Source: Leucoraja erinacea (lineage: Eukaryota). From it: 64,000 bases of DNA. The notes beneath the pieces were generated by a model. The model made no database searches. It worked only from the letters and a program-made list of their open reading frames with translations, and was not told where the DNA came from. Positions 26,945 through 38,200 of this stretch are shown piece by piece. Within the stretch, counting starts at the first letter, position 1. The number at the start of each line of letters is the position of its first letter. The position numbers were made by a program, and so were the translations under genes. The DNA is taken from assembly GCF_028641065.1 (NCBI RefSeq), contig NC_073392.1:14198001-14262000 (forward strand), written 5' to 3'.

Positions 26945-28465
26945 ATGCGTAGGAAAGAACAGCAGATGGCGGTTTAAATCAAAGGTAGACACAAAATGCT
27001 GGAGTAATCAGCAGGGCAGGCAGCATCTCTGGAGAGGCATGGGTGACGTTTCGTGTCGAGACCCTTCTTCAGACTGTTATCAGGAGAGTGGGCGGGACAG
27101 AGATAGAATGTAGTCGGAGACAGTAAGACTGGTGGGAGAACTGGGAAGGGGGAGGGGATGGAGAGAGAGGTAAAGCAAGGGCTACTTGAAGTTAGAGAAG
27201 TCAATGTTCACACTGCTGGGGTGAATGCTACCCAAGTGAAAAATGAGGTGCTGTTCCTCTAATTTGCGCTCGGCCTCACTCTGACAATGGAGGAGGCAGA
27301 GGACCGAAAGGTCAGATTGGGAAAGGGAAGGGGAGTTATAGTGCTGAGCAACCGGCAGATCAGGTAGGTTAAGGCGGTGGTGTTCAGAGAAACGATCGCG
27401 AAGCTTGCACTTGGTCTCATCGATATACAGGAGTTGACACCTGGAACAAATTATACAGTAGATGAGGTTGGATGGGGTGCAAGTGAACCTCTGCCTCACC
27501 TGAAAAGACTGTTGGGGTCCTTGGATGGAGTCGAGGTGGGAGGTAAAGGGACAGGTGTTGCATCCCCTGTAATTGCAGGGGAAAGTACCTGGGGAGGGGT
27601 GGTGTTGGTGGGAAGTGATGAGTTGACCTTCAATGAGGGGATCAATGAGGGGATCTATATAAGATTATTAAGGGTTTGGACATGATAGAGGCAGAAAACA
27701 TGTTCCCATCATTGGGGGAGTCCAGAACCAGGGGCCACAATTTAAGAATAAGGGATAAGCCATTTAGAACGGAGATGAGGAAAAACTTTTTCACACAGAG
27801 ACTTGTGAGCCTGTGGAATTCTCTGCCTCAGAAGGCAGTGGAGGCCTGTTCTCTGTATTGTTTCAAGAGAGAGTTAGATAGAGCTCTTAAAGATGGCGGA
27901 GTCAGGGGATATGTGGAAAGGGCAGAAACGGGGTACTGATTGTGGATGATCAGCCATGGTCACATTCAATGGCGGTGCTGGCTCGAAGAGCTGAATAGCC
28001 TACTGCACCTATTGTCTATTGACCAGGGTATTGCGGAGGGAATGGTTTCTGCTGAAAGCAGAAAGAAGAGGAGATGGGAAGATGTGGCCAATAGTGGGAT
28101 CCCGTTGGAGGTGGCAAAAATGTTGGAGGATTATATGCTGTATGCGATGGCTGATGGGGTGAAAGGTGAGGACAAGGGGGACTCTGTCCTTTTTACGAAT
28201 GGGGGGAGGGGGAGCAAGAGTGGAGCTACGGGATATCGGGGAGACCCTAGTGAGAGCTTTATCTTTAATGGAAAGGGGAAAACCCCGTTTCGCCAAGAAT
28301 GAGGACATCTCCGATGGAAAGCCTAATTCTGGGCGTAGATGCAGCGTAGACGGAGGAATTGGGAGTAGGGGGATAGAGTCTTAACAGGAAGCAGGGTGGG
28401 AAGAAGTGTAGTATAGATAGCTATGGGAGTCAGTGGGTTTGTAATAGATGTCAGTCAATAATATG
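26945..28465 (-). mobile_element. Penelope-like retroelement, 5'-truncated: RT C-terminus, linker, GIY-YIG endonuclease and terminal repeat; interrupted by CR1
   Basis: DIYYKPTDSHSYL..TSSHP...SIPYSQFLRLR (~28345-28455), RVPLVLTFHP (ORF 28009-28308) and FTCTPSNLIYCIICSRCQLLYIDETK..LRDRFSEH (ORF 27182-27499). Confidence 0.9.
27629..28018 (+). mobile_element. CR1 3' end nested in the Penelope element, TTGACC target-site duplication
   Basis: ORF ESRTRGHNLRIRDKPFRTEMRKNFFTQRLVSLWNSLP and a ctattgtctat tail. ttgacc occurs at 27623-27628 and 28019-28024. Confidence 0.9.
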
Positions 28466-29841
28466 TCTAAATGCCTTGATTTATAAATTTTATTTTACTT
28501 ATTGTAAAATGCCATTACTTCCTTTGTTGTGTGAAAGCAGTCTAGCAAAATGATGTTTTGTTTCTAGGTGTTCATATGTTTGGTTGTGCCCAATTTCACT
28601 GCTACGCTGATAGGATTGGTTTTAACAGGGTAAGTTCAGGAAGCTGGAACTTCTTGGCTGAGCCTAAACAGGCGTCAATATAAAAATATGTTGCTGCTGG
28701 CAGAATTGGTAGTTCTGGTGCCAACAGTCTGGCCTTTTCTAAACCCCACATTTAAAACTTACTTGGATAAAACATTGCAATAGAGTCCTTGTTTTGTACC
28801 ACAGAAAGAAAATCCAGTCAAATATAGGTTACTAGTTCAATCTAAACTGACAATGTAATAGCCAACAGTTAATTTAATTTCCTCCAATTACACTGTAATA
28901 GAACCACACAAATAATTCGATTTATCAGATGCAACATTGCAATCAGTTGAACCATTAATCAACTTAACATTCTTACAAGATTTGTTAGTTATTATACACA
29001 TTTATTTATTAGGAACATTTTAATAAGTAAACTGGTGGACATCTTTGACAATCTTGATCATATCTAATTTTCTCGACCTTTACTTATATACACACACCTG
29101 TAAATCTTATTTATCTTGCACATATATACACGCTTAATAATTGAAAAGAAAATCATAAACAGCATTAGCAGCAAATCCATCAATTAGCGTGTAAAACATT
29201 GACGAGCTTATCAGTAATGTTGCATTTATTAAAGCACAATGACAGCCACTTCATTAATTGATCAGTTATTCTTCTCGTTATATGTAGCTATCTTTTTTTA
29301 TACTGCATATATAAGACGTCCTGTTAATGAACATTTATGCTGCCATACCCAGCAGCCACATTAAAAGCCTGAATAATGGATCAAGTCTCATCAATAATTT
29401 ATCGCACGTCAGTAGCTGGTTGCAACTGGATCACAAAATTACTAAAGCTTGATAGGATTCTGCTGCAGATTTCTTGGCAGTATAAGGGATTTTATTTTTT
29501 TACCATTTTAACTCCTGAATATTAAATTCATTTTCTCAGTTTTGGAAACAAGGATTTTTACCAATATTCTGGATGCTGCGATTTTCATCACAATAAAAGA
29601 TAATTGTCAATGCAAAATTGAGAGCAAATTTAGACAAATAATTCCTAGCTATGCTATTCGAGATCAGAATAACAAAATTACACCAGCAGCATTCTAATTA
29701 ATCAAGTCTTTCCAAAATTCATTAATTTATATGGACAAGATGGGAAAAGAGCTAGTACCATTATCACATGTGAATTCACACATGAAACCAGATAGCCTTA
29801 ACATGATATAAAAAGCAGGTATTTAATTAATTGATTCTTAC

Positions 29842-29920
29842 CATCTTCTGGAATCTCCATGGATGAACTCCACTTGGACCAACACAGAAAACATAACAGG
29901 AGAGTTCTTGTTAGTAGCAT
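29842..29920 (-). CDS. CHL1: L1-family neural cell adhesion molecule (CHL1-like), first coding exon: signal peptide MLLTRTLLLCFLCWSKWSSSMEIPED
   Basis: ATG at 29920 has A at -3 and an in-frame upstream TAA at 30004-30002. A hydrophobic leader is followed by EIP as in CHL1/NFASC AIEIP. The phase-1 donor G|GTAAGA joins exon 16351 to give EIPED-VQQPPTI (human CHL1 EIPSSVQQVPTI). Confidence 0.85.
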
Positions 29921-30035
29921 CTTCAGCAGTTGGGAGATCAAACAAGAGCCAAAAGAAAACGTGAAGATTCCCTCTGTGATTCCACTGAGTCTCAGTTCAG
30001 TTTACCGCACAGCCATGAGTCACACTGACCAGAAT
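29921..30035 (-). other. CHL1: 5'-UTR part of the ATG-containing exon (whole exon 29842-30035, 194 nt)
   Basis: Good acceptor TTTTCACCCTTTGTACCTCTCCAG| at 30036. An internal ATG exon preceded by non-coding exons matches mammalian CHL1 organisation. Confidence 0.7.
30002..30016 (-). promoter_or_regulatory. Upstream ORF MAVR* in the 5' UTR
   Basis: ATG GCT GTG CGG TAA, in frame with the main ORF and ending 81 nt before the main ATG. Confidence 0.55.
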
Positions 30036-31299
30036 CTGGAGAGGTACAAAGGGTGAAAATTAATCAACGTTAATCCACATGTTCTGCAAGATTCAAACTG
30101 AAGTAAACCCAAATAAGGTTTGCAAGGTATAACATAATCTTACCAGCAATGCAATTTAATTTATTTCTCTATGGATGAAAGACTTTTAGTGTTAAAATAA
30201 GATGACTGTCTCTTATTTCTACTTTCTCCCGCAAGAGATTTGTAAATGTAGGTCTGGTTTTCGCAGTTTGTTCTGCTTTCAGACAGACAAACAGAACATT
30301 GACTTCATGCAATCAGATTACTGTGACAGCAGTGATATGGTAAAGAAGTAATTTGCACTTCTCCTTCTGGGATTTGTTGTTACTGCTGGAGGGGACCCCA
30401 CTATTCAGACATTCTGAACAAAAGACGCTAAATAAATTTTAGACATGAATCGAAAAAATAAGGTATTTAAGAATAGTTCATTCAACAAATTGTACATCAG
30501 ACCCTTAATACCCTCTGTTAACGTAAGCAAAATATCACCAAGAGAATCCAAATTTGACATATGTGCATTTTCTATTCTTTCGAAGAATTTACTCATGGTT
30601 TCGGAAGCAGTCAATATTTCTGCTTCTTTTTTCCCTCCAAAATCAATTAACTTTTTCCCATTTATGTTCCAGAAACATAAATATTGCATCTAAATTTCAA
30701 GAAAATGAAAACTAATTTTGATGGGAACTCTTAAAAAATAATAATTGTGAAGCAAATGGTTTATGTATATTTTTGTTTTACCCAGCGGGAAGGGCGGAGA
30801 GGTATGAAATACACTTTTACTATAAGTATTCAGTCCACAAGTCACAACGAGTTACAAGGCTAAAGGATGTTTAAATGGTACTTGAAACCACTTTGCACTA
30901 ATCAAAAGCTGTGGCTAAGGTAGATTATGATGCAACATATTGGCAAACCTAAGAAGCTCATTAGGGAGATAAGCAGGATCAGTGGGTCCATACACAACAC
31001 TGGGCAATTACAGAAAAAGGATTCTAAATCAATTTTCATTTGGGTATAATTTGCCATCAGTCATGGTCAAAATAGTGCCTTGGGCCTCATACCAATGACT
31101 GACAAGTCTGGTGCTCCTGGACAAGTCCATGAGGGCTTTCTTGGGCCCTGGAGGGACCGCCGTAATGAGTTGATGTCAGACCTGTCAGGCAAAGGCATGT
31201 GGTTATTTGCATAGAGGTTGCAAAGCTTGATTGGACTCTTCATGGCTTGTGACCAGAGGAGCAAAAAGGTTGGCAGAAAAAATATCAATGCAGACTACC

Positions 31300-31512
31300 C
31301 GGAAAACCTTGCTGTCTCCTCCCCTTCCTCAGCTCCCCTGCTGTCTCCTCCCACCCTCCAGCCTTCTGGCTACTCCTCCTTTTCCCTTTCTTGTCCCCAC
31401 CTACCCCCACCCCCGATCAGTCTGAAGAAGGGTTTCGGCCCGAAACGTTGCCTATTTCCTTCGCTCCATAGATGCTGCTGCACCCGCTGAGTTTCTCCAG
31501 CTTTTCTGTGAA
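31300..31512 (+). mobile_element. Penelope terminal repeat (second subfamily) with hammerhead-like core
   Basis: cagtCTGAAGAagggtttcggcccGAAAcgttgcc...gatgctgctgcacccgctgagtttctccagc. Confidence 0.8.
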
Positions 31513-31527
31513 ACCACAGGTCATGTC

Positions 31528-31774
31528 TATTATTATGTTTTGGCGGGTTGAGACGAGAGTCGATTTCCAAAATCAGTTTTATTGACAAAATGACGAAATC
31601 AACGGAGCAACACAACACAGCAATACAAAAGTCCAACCACAACGGTGGTCGAGAACGACTGATGGGGCATCGCCCAGAAAGTGTGCAAACACAAAACACC
31701 TCCCCATAGTCAAGTGACCGAAGCACCTAACCGCAGGGTTCGATTACCTGCGGACACCAGCAGGTGCCACCACA
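31528..31774 (-). mobile_element. Probable solo LTR (247 bp) with 5-bp target-site duplication ATGTC
   Basis: ATGTC at 31523-31527 and 31775-31779. The minus strand starts TGTGGTGG and ends ATAATAATA (CA>TA), with AATAAA about 50 nt from its 3' end. It is CpG-richer than the flanks. Confidence 0.65.
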
Positions 31775-33029
31775 ATGTCTGGTTTACAGATAACATTTTG
31801 CCAAAGACAAAAAGATAAAATTGGATTGCTTGACTGCAGCCAATGAATGAAATGCGGGATAGCTTACTGCTGCATTCTCACTCGTACCAAACCTGCATAT
31901 TTTTTATCCCTTCCTCTCCACTTCGGTGACTGCAACATTCCATGCTTTACTGACTTTGCTTTGTTTTTTTTTTTGTTTTTTAAGGAGTCCAAGGAAGAAT
32001 AATAGCACTGTTCTCTCTAATCCTGATCCACATACAATGAGTCCATTGACTGCTGTTATTTGGAGGAAGCATCCCAATTGTGTATGTTGTCCTTTTCTTG
32101 AAGTCCCTTCATTATTTTAGAAGAGCCTGCTATTCACCGAGAACAGCTTATTTTAAACTGAGGCCCTTCATAGAAGGTCCACCACAGAAACAGGCCATTC
32201 TGCCCTTTTGCTGCATGCCAGTCATGATCCTCATTTAACCAGAACCGTTCATATCTTTTTGCTCAGGTTCCTCTGAAGTGTATTTAAATTATTCACTTGA
32301 GTCGAGTTATTCCCTGGAGGAGTTAATTCCACATTCCACAAACTCTCAGGGCAAAATGTTTACTCAAATTCCCTATTGGAGTAAATATTTTATTTATGGT
32401 TCCATCTTAGCCACTAGCAGGACAAGACAAACTATGTCCCTTTATGTGTGAGCCGTCCTTCATATTGCTTTCTGCTGAATCGCCTCATGCTTTCCATCTC
32501 GTTTTTGTCCTTCAATCAGGTCATACTTCAACTTAGGCTTTTTCGGATATGAGGGGGTAAACCAAATGTTCTGAACAACCAGGCATGCAATGGAGTTCAT
32601 CCCTTTCTTTGAATTATGTTTCTAGCATCAAAGTGGAAGGTGCATTTTAAACCCAAAAATATTTCCAGGAAAGGGAATTGCAGCCTTCAGCAAACAAACA
32701 TTCCTTGGAAGATAGATGTAATCCCTTTGGCAGGCTCCTCTCTTAGTTTCTCCTTCAAGAACCTAAAGCAGCTGATGTAGAAACATCCGGGCTACCATGC
32801 TAACAAGAGATGTTTGTTGTACAACTGATATAATTATTCAAAAAGGCAGAAGAGAGAATGCAGTGCATATGTTGAGAGCTAAATATCTAATATATACGTC
32901 TAGACTGCAACTGGAGACTCTAGCTAACAGAACCAACTTTTGTTGTGTTCCAACATGCTATCCTCATTCGTATCAGTTCAATGTTTTTAGACTTAAATTG
33001 CTCTTTTGATTAAGCTGAATGTTTGGCCC

Positions 33030-33777
33030 TTTAGGAAAAGGGGAGATGCAACGAGACCTGGGTGTCATGGTACACCAGTCATTGAAAGTAGGCACACAGG
33101 TGCAGCAGGCAGTGAAGAAAGCGAATGGTATGTTAGCATTCATAGCAAAAGGATTTGAGTATAGGAGCAGGGAGGTTCTACTGCAGTTGTCTTGGTGAGA
33201 CCACACCCGGAGTATTGCGTTCAGTTTTGGTCTCCAAATCTGAGGAAAGACATTCTTGCCATAGAGGGAGTACAGAGAAGGTTCACCAGACTGATTCCTT
33301 GGATGTCAGGACTTTCATATGAAGGAAGACTGGATAGACTCAGATTGTACTCACTAGAATTTAGAAGATTGAGGGAGGGGGGGGGATCTTATAGAAACTT
33401 ACAAAATTCTTAAGGGGTTGGACAGGCTAGATGCAGGAAGATTGTTCCCGATGTTGGGAAGTCCAGAACAAGGGGTCACAGTTTAAGGATAAGGGGGAAA
33501 TCTTTTAGGACCGAGATGAGAAAAACATTTTTCACACAGAGAGTGGTGAATCTCTGGAATTCTCTGCCACAGAAGGTAGTTGAGGCCAGTTAATTGGCTA
33601 TATTTAAGAGGGAGTTAGATGTGGCCCTTGTGGCTAATGGGATCAGGGGTATGGAGAGAAGGCAGGTACAGGATATTGAGTTGGATGACCAGCCATGATC
33701 ATATTGAATGGCGGTGCAGGCTCGAAGGGCCGAATGGCCTCTACTCCTGCACCTATTTTTATGTTTCTATGTTTCTA
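33030..33777 (+). mobile_element. Young CR1/HER1 LINE 3' end (~750 bp)
   Basis: VRPHPEYCVQFWSPNLRKDILAIEGVQRRFTRLIP...LYSLEFRRLR with a (tttctatg)n tail. Confidence 0.95.
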
Positions 33778-34421
33778 AGCTGATTGAATGAAGATCCTGC
33801 TACCTACTGTCTGAATCATCATGTTTGTTCTTCAAAGGACTGATTCTATTCATTGTTCTACATTGGCTAATTATCTTAAAACATAAAATCCACGTGAATG
33901 ATATGATCTCCCTCTTGAAACATATTATTAAGCTGTTATAACACTTCCTTGACATATTAACAAGACTGCTTTGGAAAGATGAATGCCTCAGCAATCTTTC
34001 ACTTTCAACAAATTCTTAGAACTTTGCAAGCAATTCTGTTTGCTGTTGAAAACCATCAATGCAAAGAGGTGAAAGGATGGAAATAATATTCTTTGGATTT
34101 ACAAAACTCAAAAAAACAACAATTATCATTTGAAAATGTATAAACAAAATAAACAGTGAAATAATCAATTTGTGGCTAGACTGGTTATTTGCGAGCAAAG
34201 TAATGTGTATTATGCTTGAAACATAATTGGCTTTTCAGCGCGCAAATGTTTCCAACATAAAGGATTTCAATCAAACTTGCATTCCAATTAGCAATTACAT
34301 TTTCACATCTTAATCAGTTCCCTATAAGACAAACATTGCCATTCAGATGGAAGCTTTCTCCATAACTAACCCTATCTACAACACTTATTAATTCCCAAAC
34401 AAACTAATATTTATTTCAACA

Positions 34422-34620
34422 TGTGTAAGAAAGAACTTCAGATGCTGGTTTAAATCGAAGGTAGACACAAAACGCTGGAGTAACTCAGCGGGCCAGGCAA
34501 CATCTCTGGAGAGAAGGAATGGGTGACGTTACAGGTCGAGACCCTTCTTCAGACCATTCCTTCTCTCCAGAGATGCTGCCTGTCCCGCTGAGTTACTCCA
34601 GCATTTTGTGTCTACCTTCT
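34422..34620. mobile_element. Penelope-derived palindrome with 66-bp inverted arms (34457-34522 and 34554-34619)
   Basis: The arms match 63/66 by eye. The 31-nt loop is the hammerhead-like segment. Confidence 0.9.
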
Positions 34621-34807
34621 ATTTCAACATATTCAACTCTGCGTGATGAAGGACTGGAATAGCTAATTTATAGGAAAGACTTGACCCTGGATGACCAATA
34701 CGATAAATGTATCTGAAGGTACATTATTGATCTGCACCTAACATTTAACATCTGCAGTAGTTTCATTCAGTTTTGCCAAATAACCAATTCCTGAGACATA
34801 CAAAGGA

Positions 34808-35262
34808 AAAGACACAAAGTGCTGGAATAATTCAGCGGGTCAGGCAGCAGATAGGTGACTTTTCGTGTCAGAACCCTTCTTCAGACTGATTGTATGGGGG
34901 GATGTGAGGAATGAACTCGGAAGAGAGGAGGGGGAGGACAAAACATAACAAGCAATAGGTGAGCACAGGAGAGTACTATGTTTACACATCTGTTGTGCTG
35001 CTGCAATGCTGTAAGAATTTCATTGTTCTGTTTTGAGACTTACGACATTAAAACATTTGACACTTGAGGGTTTTTTTTGATTGGCAGATGGCTGGACAAA
35101 GGCCAGAGATGAAAATAATGTGTAAAACAAAACAGCTGAAGAGTTGCGAATTGTGAAGCTCAAGGAAGGAATGTAGGTGGAGGTGGAGGAGGAGGATGGG
35201 GATCTTATCCACTTTCAGATGCTGCCTGACCTGATGTGGGTTCCAGAATGTTCTAACTTTTG
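34808..35262. mobile_element. Older Penelope terminal-repeat copy with a short LINE-tail insertion
   Basis: gacacaaagtgctgg...cttcttcagact at the left and gatgctgcctgacctg at the right; taagaatttcattgttc insert near 35010. Confidence 0.6.
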
Positions 35263-38200
35263 CTCTAGCCATTTTGATCATTTTTATCTCCACTCTCACT
35301 GGATATAAACATTTCTTGTATTTTTTTCAAGGCAGCAGAGAATCTGAACAGCAGAGGAACAAAAAAATAAATACATCGCCTACTGAGCCGCAGGATATCC
35401 CTCTGCTCTTTATCTTGGTGTTGAATAATAAATTTAATAAACATGGTCTGTTGCTTTAATATTGCAAGCTGTGTGGTGTTTCAGAAGTCAACGTATTCAG
35501 GAGTACAGACATCAAATCCACAAGGTAATTCAAATCTCATGAGAAAGACCTTCATAAAAACTAATTTTCACACCAATCTGTATCTTATTATTCCACCCTG
35601 CTTATTTTTTCATCTCTTTATGAGAATGCTTTCCCTATCTGACGTGCAGGGTCTAAGCAGCTGGTGTCAGTTAGCATAATCTGCTGTCTTTCTGAATCCT
35701 GTTACCAGTTTTTCTTGTGGAAATACTTTGAACCAGATATAAAAATACCCAGAAATTCAGGACTATTTGAAATTTGCAGCAATTTGATGATAATCTTGCT
35801 GAAATAAAGAGAATACACAAAATCAGATTAAAAAAAAAGATAACATCGCAGAATTCCAAAAGCTCCCAGACAAAAACAATGTATTCAGAGTATTTCTGGG
35901 AATCTGATATATACTGAGGGTTTTGTTCCTCCCATGATGAGCTGTATTACTGGCAGCAATGCTTACGTGATTATTGCTCATAAATGAGAACATCACAGAT
36001 TCCTTGATTGACCTCACTGGTCAATATAGTGGTGACGGAATTCTGCAAATTCTGAACTCAACATTTATTGCTACTGACTAAGAAAAAAATCTCTTGACAG
36101 TCTACTTCTATTTTCCCATGAATAACAATTTTGGTCTCTAAAGACCGAAAACTACTCCTGTACCTAATTTCTATGTTTCTATGTTTCTATCACCCATCTA
36201 TGTTCTCCAGAGATGCTGCCTGACCTGCCAAGTTAATCCACACTTTTGTTTTGCATAAACCGGCATCTGTAATTCCTTGTAAGTCATCAACAATTCTATG
36301 CAGTGACACCAGGGCACAATACAATTTCATGATGGTATTAATCAGAAATCTTCAGGGCAGGAGCCGTTTATTTACTTTCTTCAGATATTTCTGGTTTGCA
36401 CTCCTTCATCCAAGAAGGCATTACCCACTTTCCTGCGCCATCCTACAGAGCATTGTGGAAATGAGTCAAGAGTGTTTTATTGTCATATGTCACAAAATGG
36501 AACAATAAAAATCTTACTTGCAGAAGCTTGCAGCAAACCTGCCTCTGTGAAAGTTTAAATTTGGTTGAAAGCTCCTTAATGAAGTCATTGCTTAAAATGA
36601 GGATGATCCATTTGAGCGATTTATATTTGATGACTCTCGAGTACCATTGGGGCAAAATTCAAAGCTCATAGAACAGAAAAAAATCCACTTATTGGTCATA
36701 ACAATGGATGCTCTGTTAGTATTGAACAACGATGCCTCCTGTTCAATAGCATAGTCATACAATTTATTTTGGTTTACCATTTGGACCAATGCCTGTGTAT
36801 GGACGTTGCTTGACATGATTTCCAAGAAGCCGGAAGGCCACCTGGTCCTTTGAGTTCCTCCACCATTCATCATAATCAGGCTGGTCATCCACTCCAGTTT
36901 CATTCCCCTTTACTCTTGCTTTCCTTAATATCCAGATTTCTAACAATCTTTGCTACCACTAAGCATCCACAATCCTTCATGTGGAGAATCCCAATGATTC
37001 ACCAGCCTCTGTGAAAATAAACTTTTTCTTTATCTCAGTCCAAAAAAGGTCTTTCCCTTATTTCAAGGTTGTGACCCCCGGTTCTGAACTCTCCAGCCAA
37101 GAGTCACTGGTTGAAGCGTTCAAATCTGATGAACTCAGAAGTGGGCCAGTTTTCACGGAAATAGAATTCGAAATTGAGGTAGCAAACACATCCAGATGGA
37201 AGATGGGGTAGTGTTCCTCAAGATTATGTAGGCGTATTGTTGGAAAAATCCTGGAAGACACAGCAAGTTAGGTTGCAATGGGAGAGGAATGCAGAATTGC
37301 AGTGATGGGCATTGGTGAGTCAGTTCTGCCCCCCAACCCCTCTCAAAGGATCATTCGGTCATTAGATGATGGGAAGGGAGGAGGAAAAATGGGGATAATT
37401 AATCCAGATTAAATGTACAACCACAAATTTGAAAACTGGGCAAAGAAAAATACACGAAGGTTTGCGCTGTTATGCGGATTTTGTGGTCTATTGGTCTCCA
37501 AGGCGTTAATTCCTCACGCAGCTCTCCTCTCACCTTTCCTCTTTCAATTGTGCCATTAATATCTTCTTTCTGCTTCTTGTGACCATGTTCCGACCTTCCT
37601 TATAACTGCATGTGAATTACCGGCCTCCATTACCTCTGATAGTATTTATATTTCCGAACTCCTCTTTGGATTTATTGGGACAATCCTATTTTTCTCACTG
37701 TTCATACTTTATGGGTTATATGTAATTTGAAAGATCTCAATACCTTTTCTGTTTTTAACCATTGCCTTCCAAGAAAGATGTTCAAACTTTTCAATCTTTC
37801 TTGATAAACACATCTCGGTCAACTGAGTGAATTATTTTAAATTCTTCTCTAATGCTCCTATTTTCTTTGAATAACAAATAGAGCAGATTTTGGATTAAAA
37901 TGAGTTTTCTGTTACATTCTGCCTGAATATATTCACTTTTAAAGTAACTATTCAGCATTAGAGCATGACTTTTATCCAGGAGCTCTGTTTTTACTTCCTA
38001 AACCCTAAATACATGTTGGTTAGCAGGTTAATTGTCCTCTTTCAATTGTCCTTAGTGTTGAGGTAAGTGGAAGAATCTGAAAGAAGAGAAGAATGTGGGG
38101 AGATAAAAAGTGGGATTAATGTAGGTTGAGTGGAAATAAGGTGTTTCAGAGTCAACACAGACTCAGTGGGTTGGAGAGCCTGATTTTGTGTTGTATCCCT

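Noticed and set aside
28763-28787. Minus-strand AAG|25 nt|GTAAGT mini-exon candidate
   Set aside because: 25 nt shifts the frame and the acceptor is A-rich. It shows that such patterns occur by chance.
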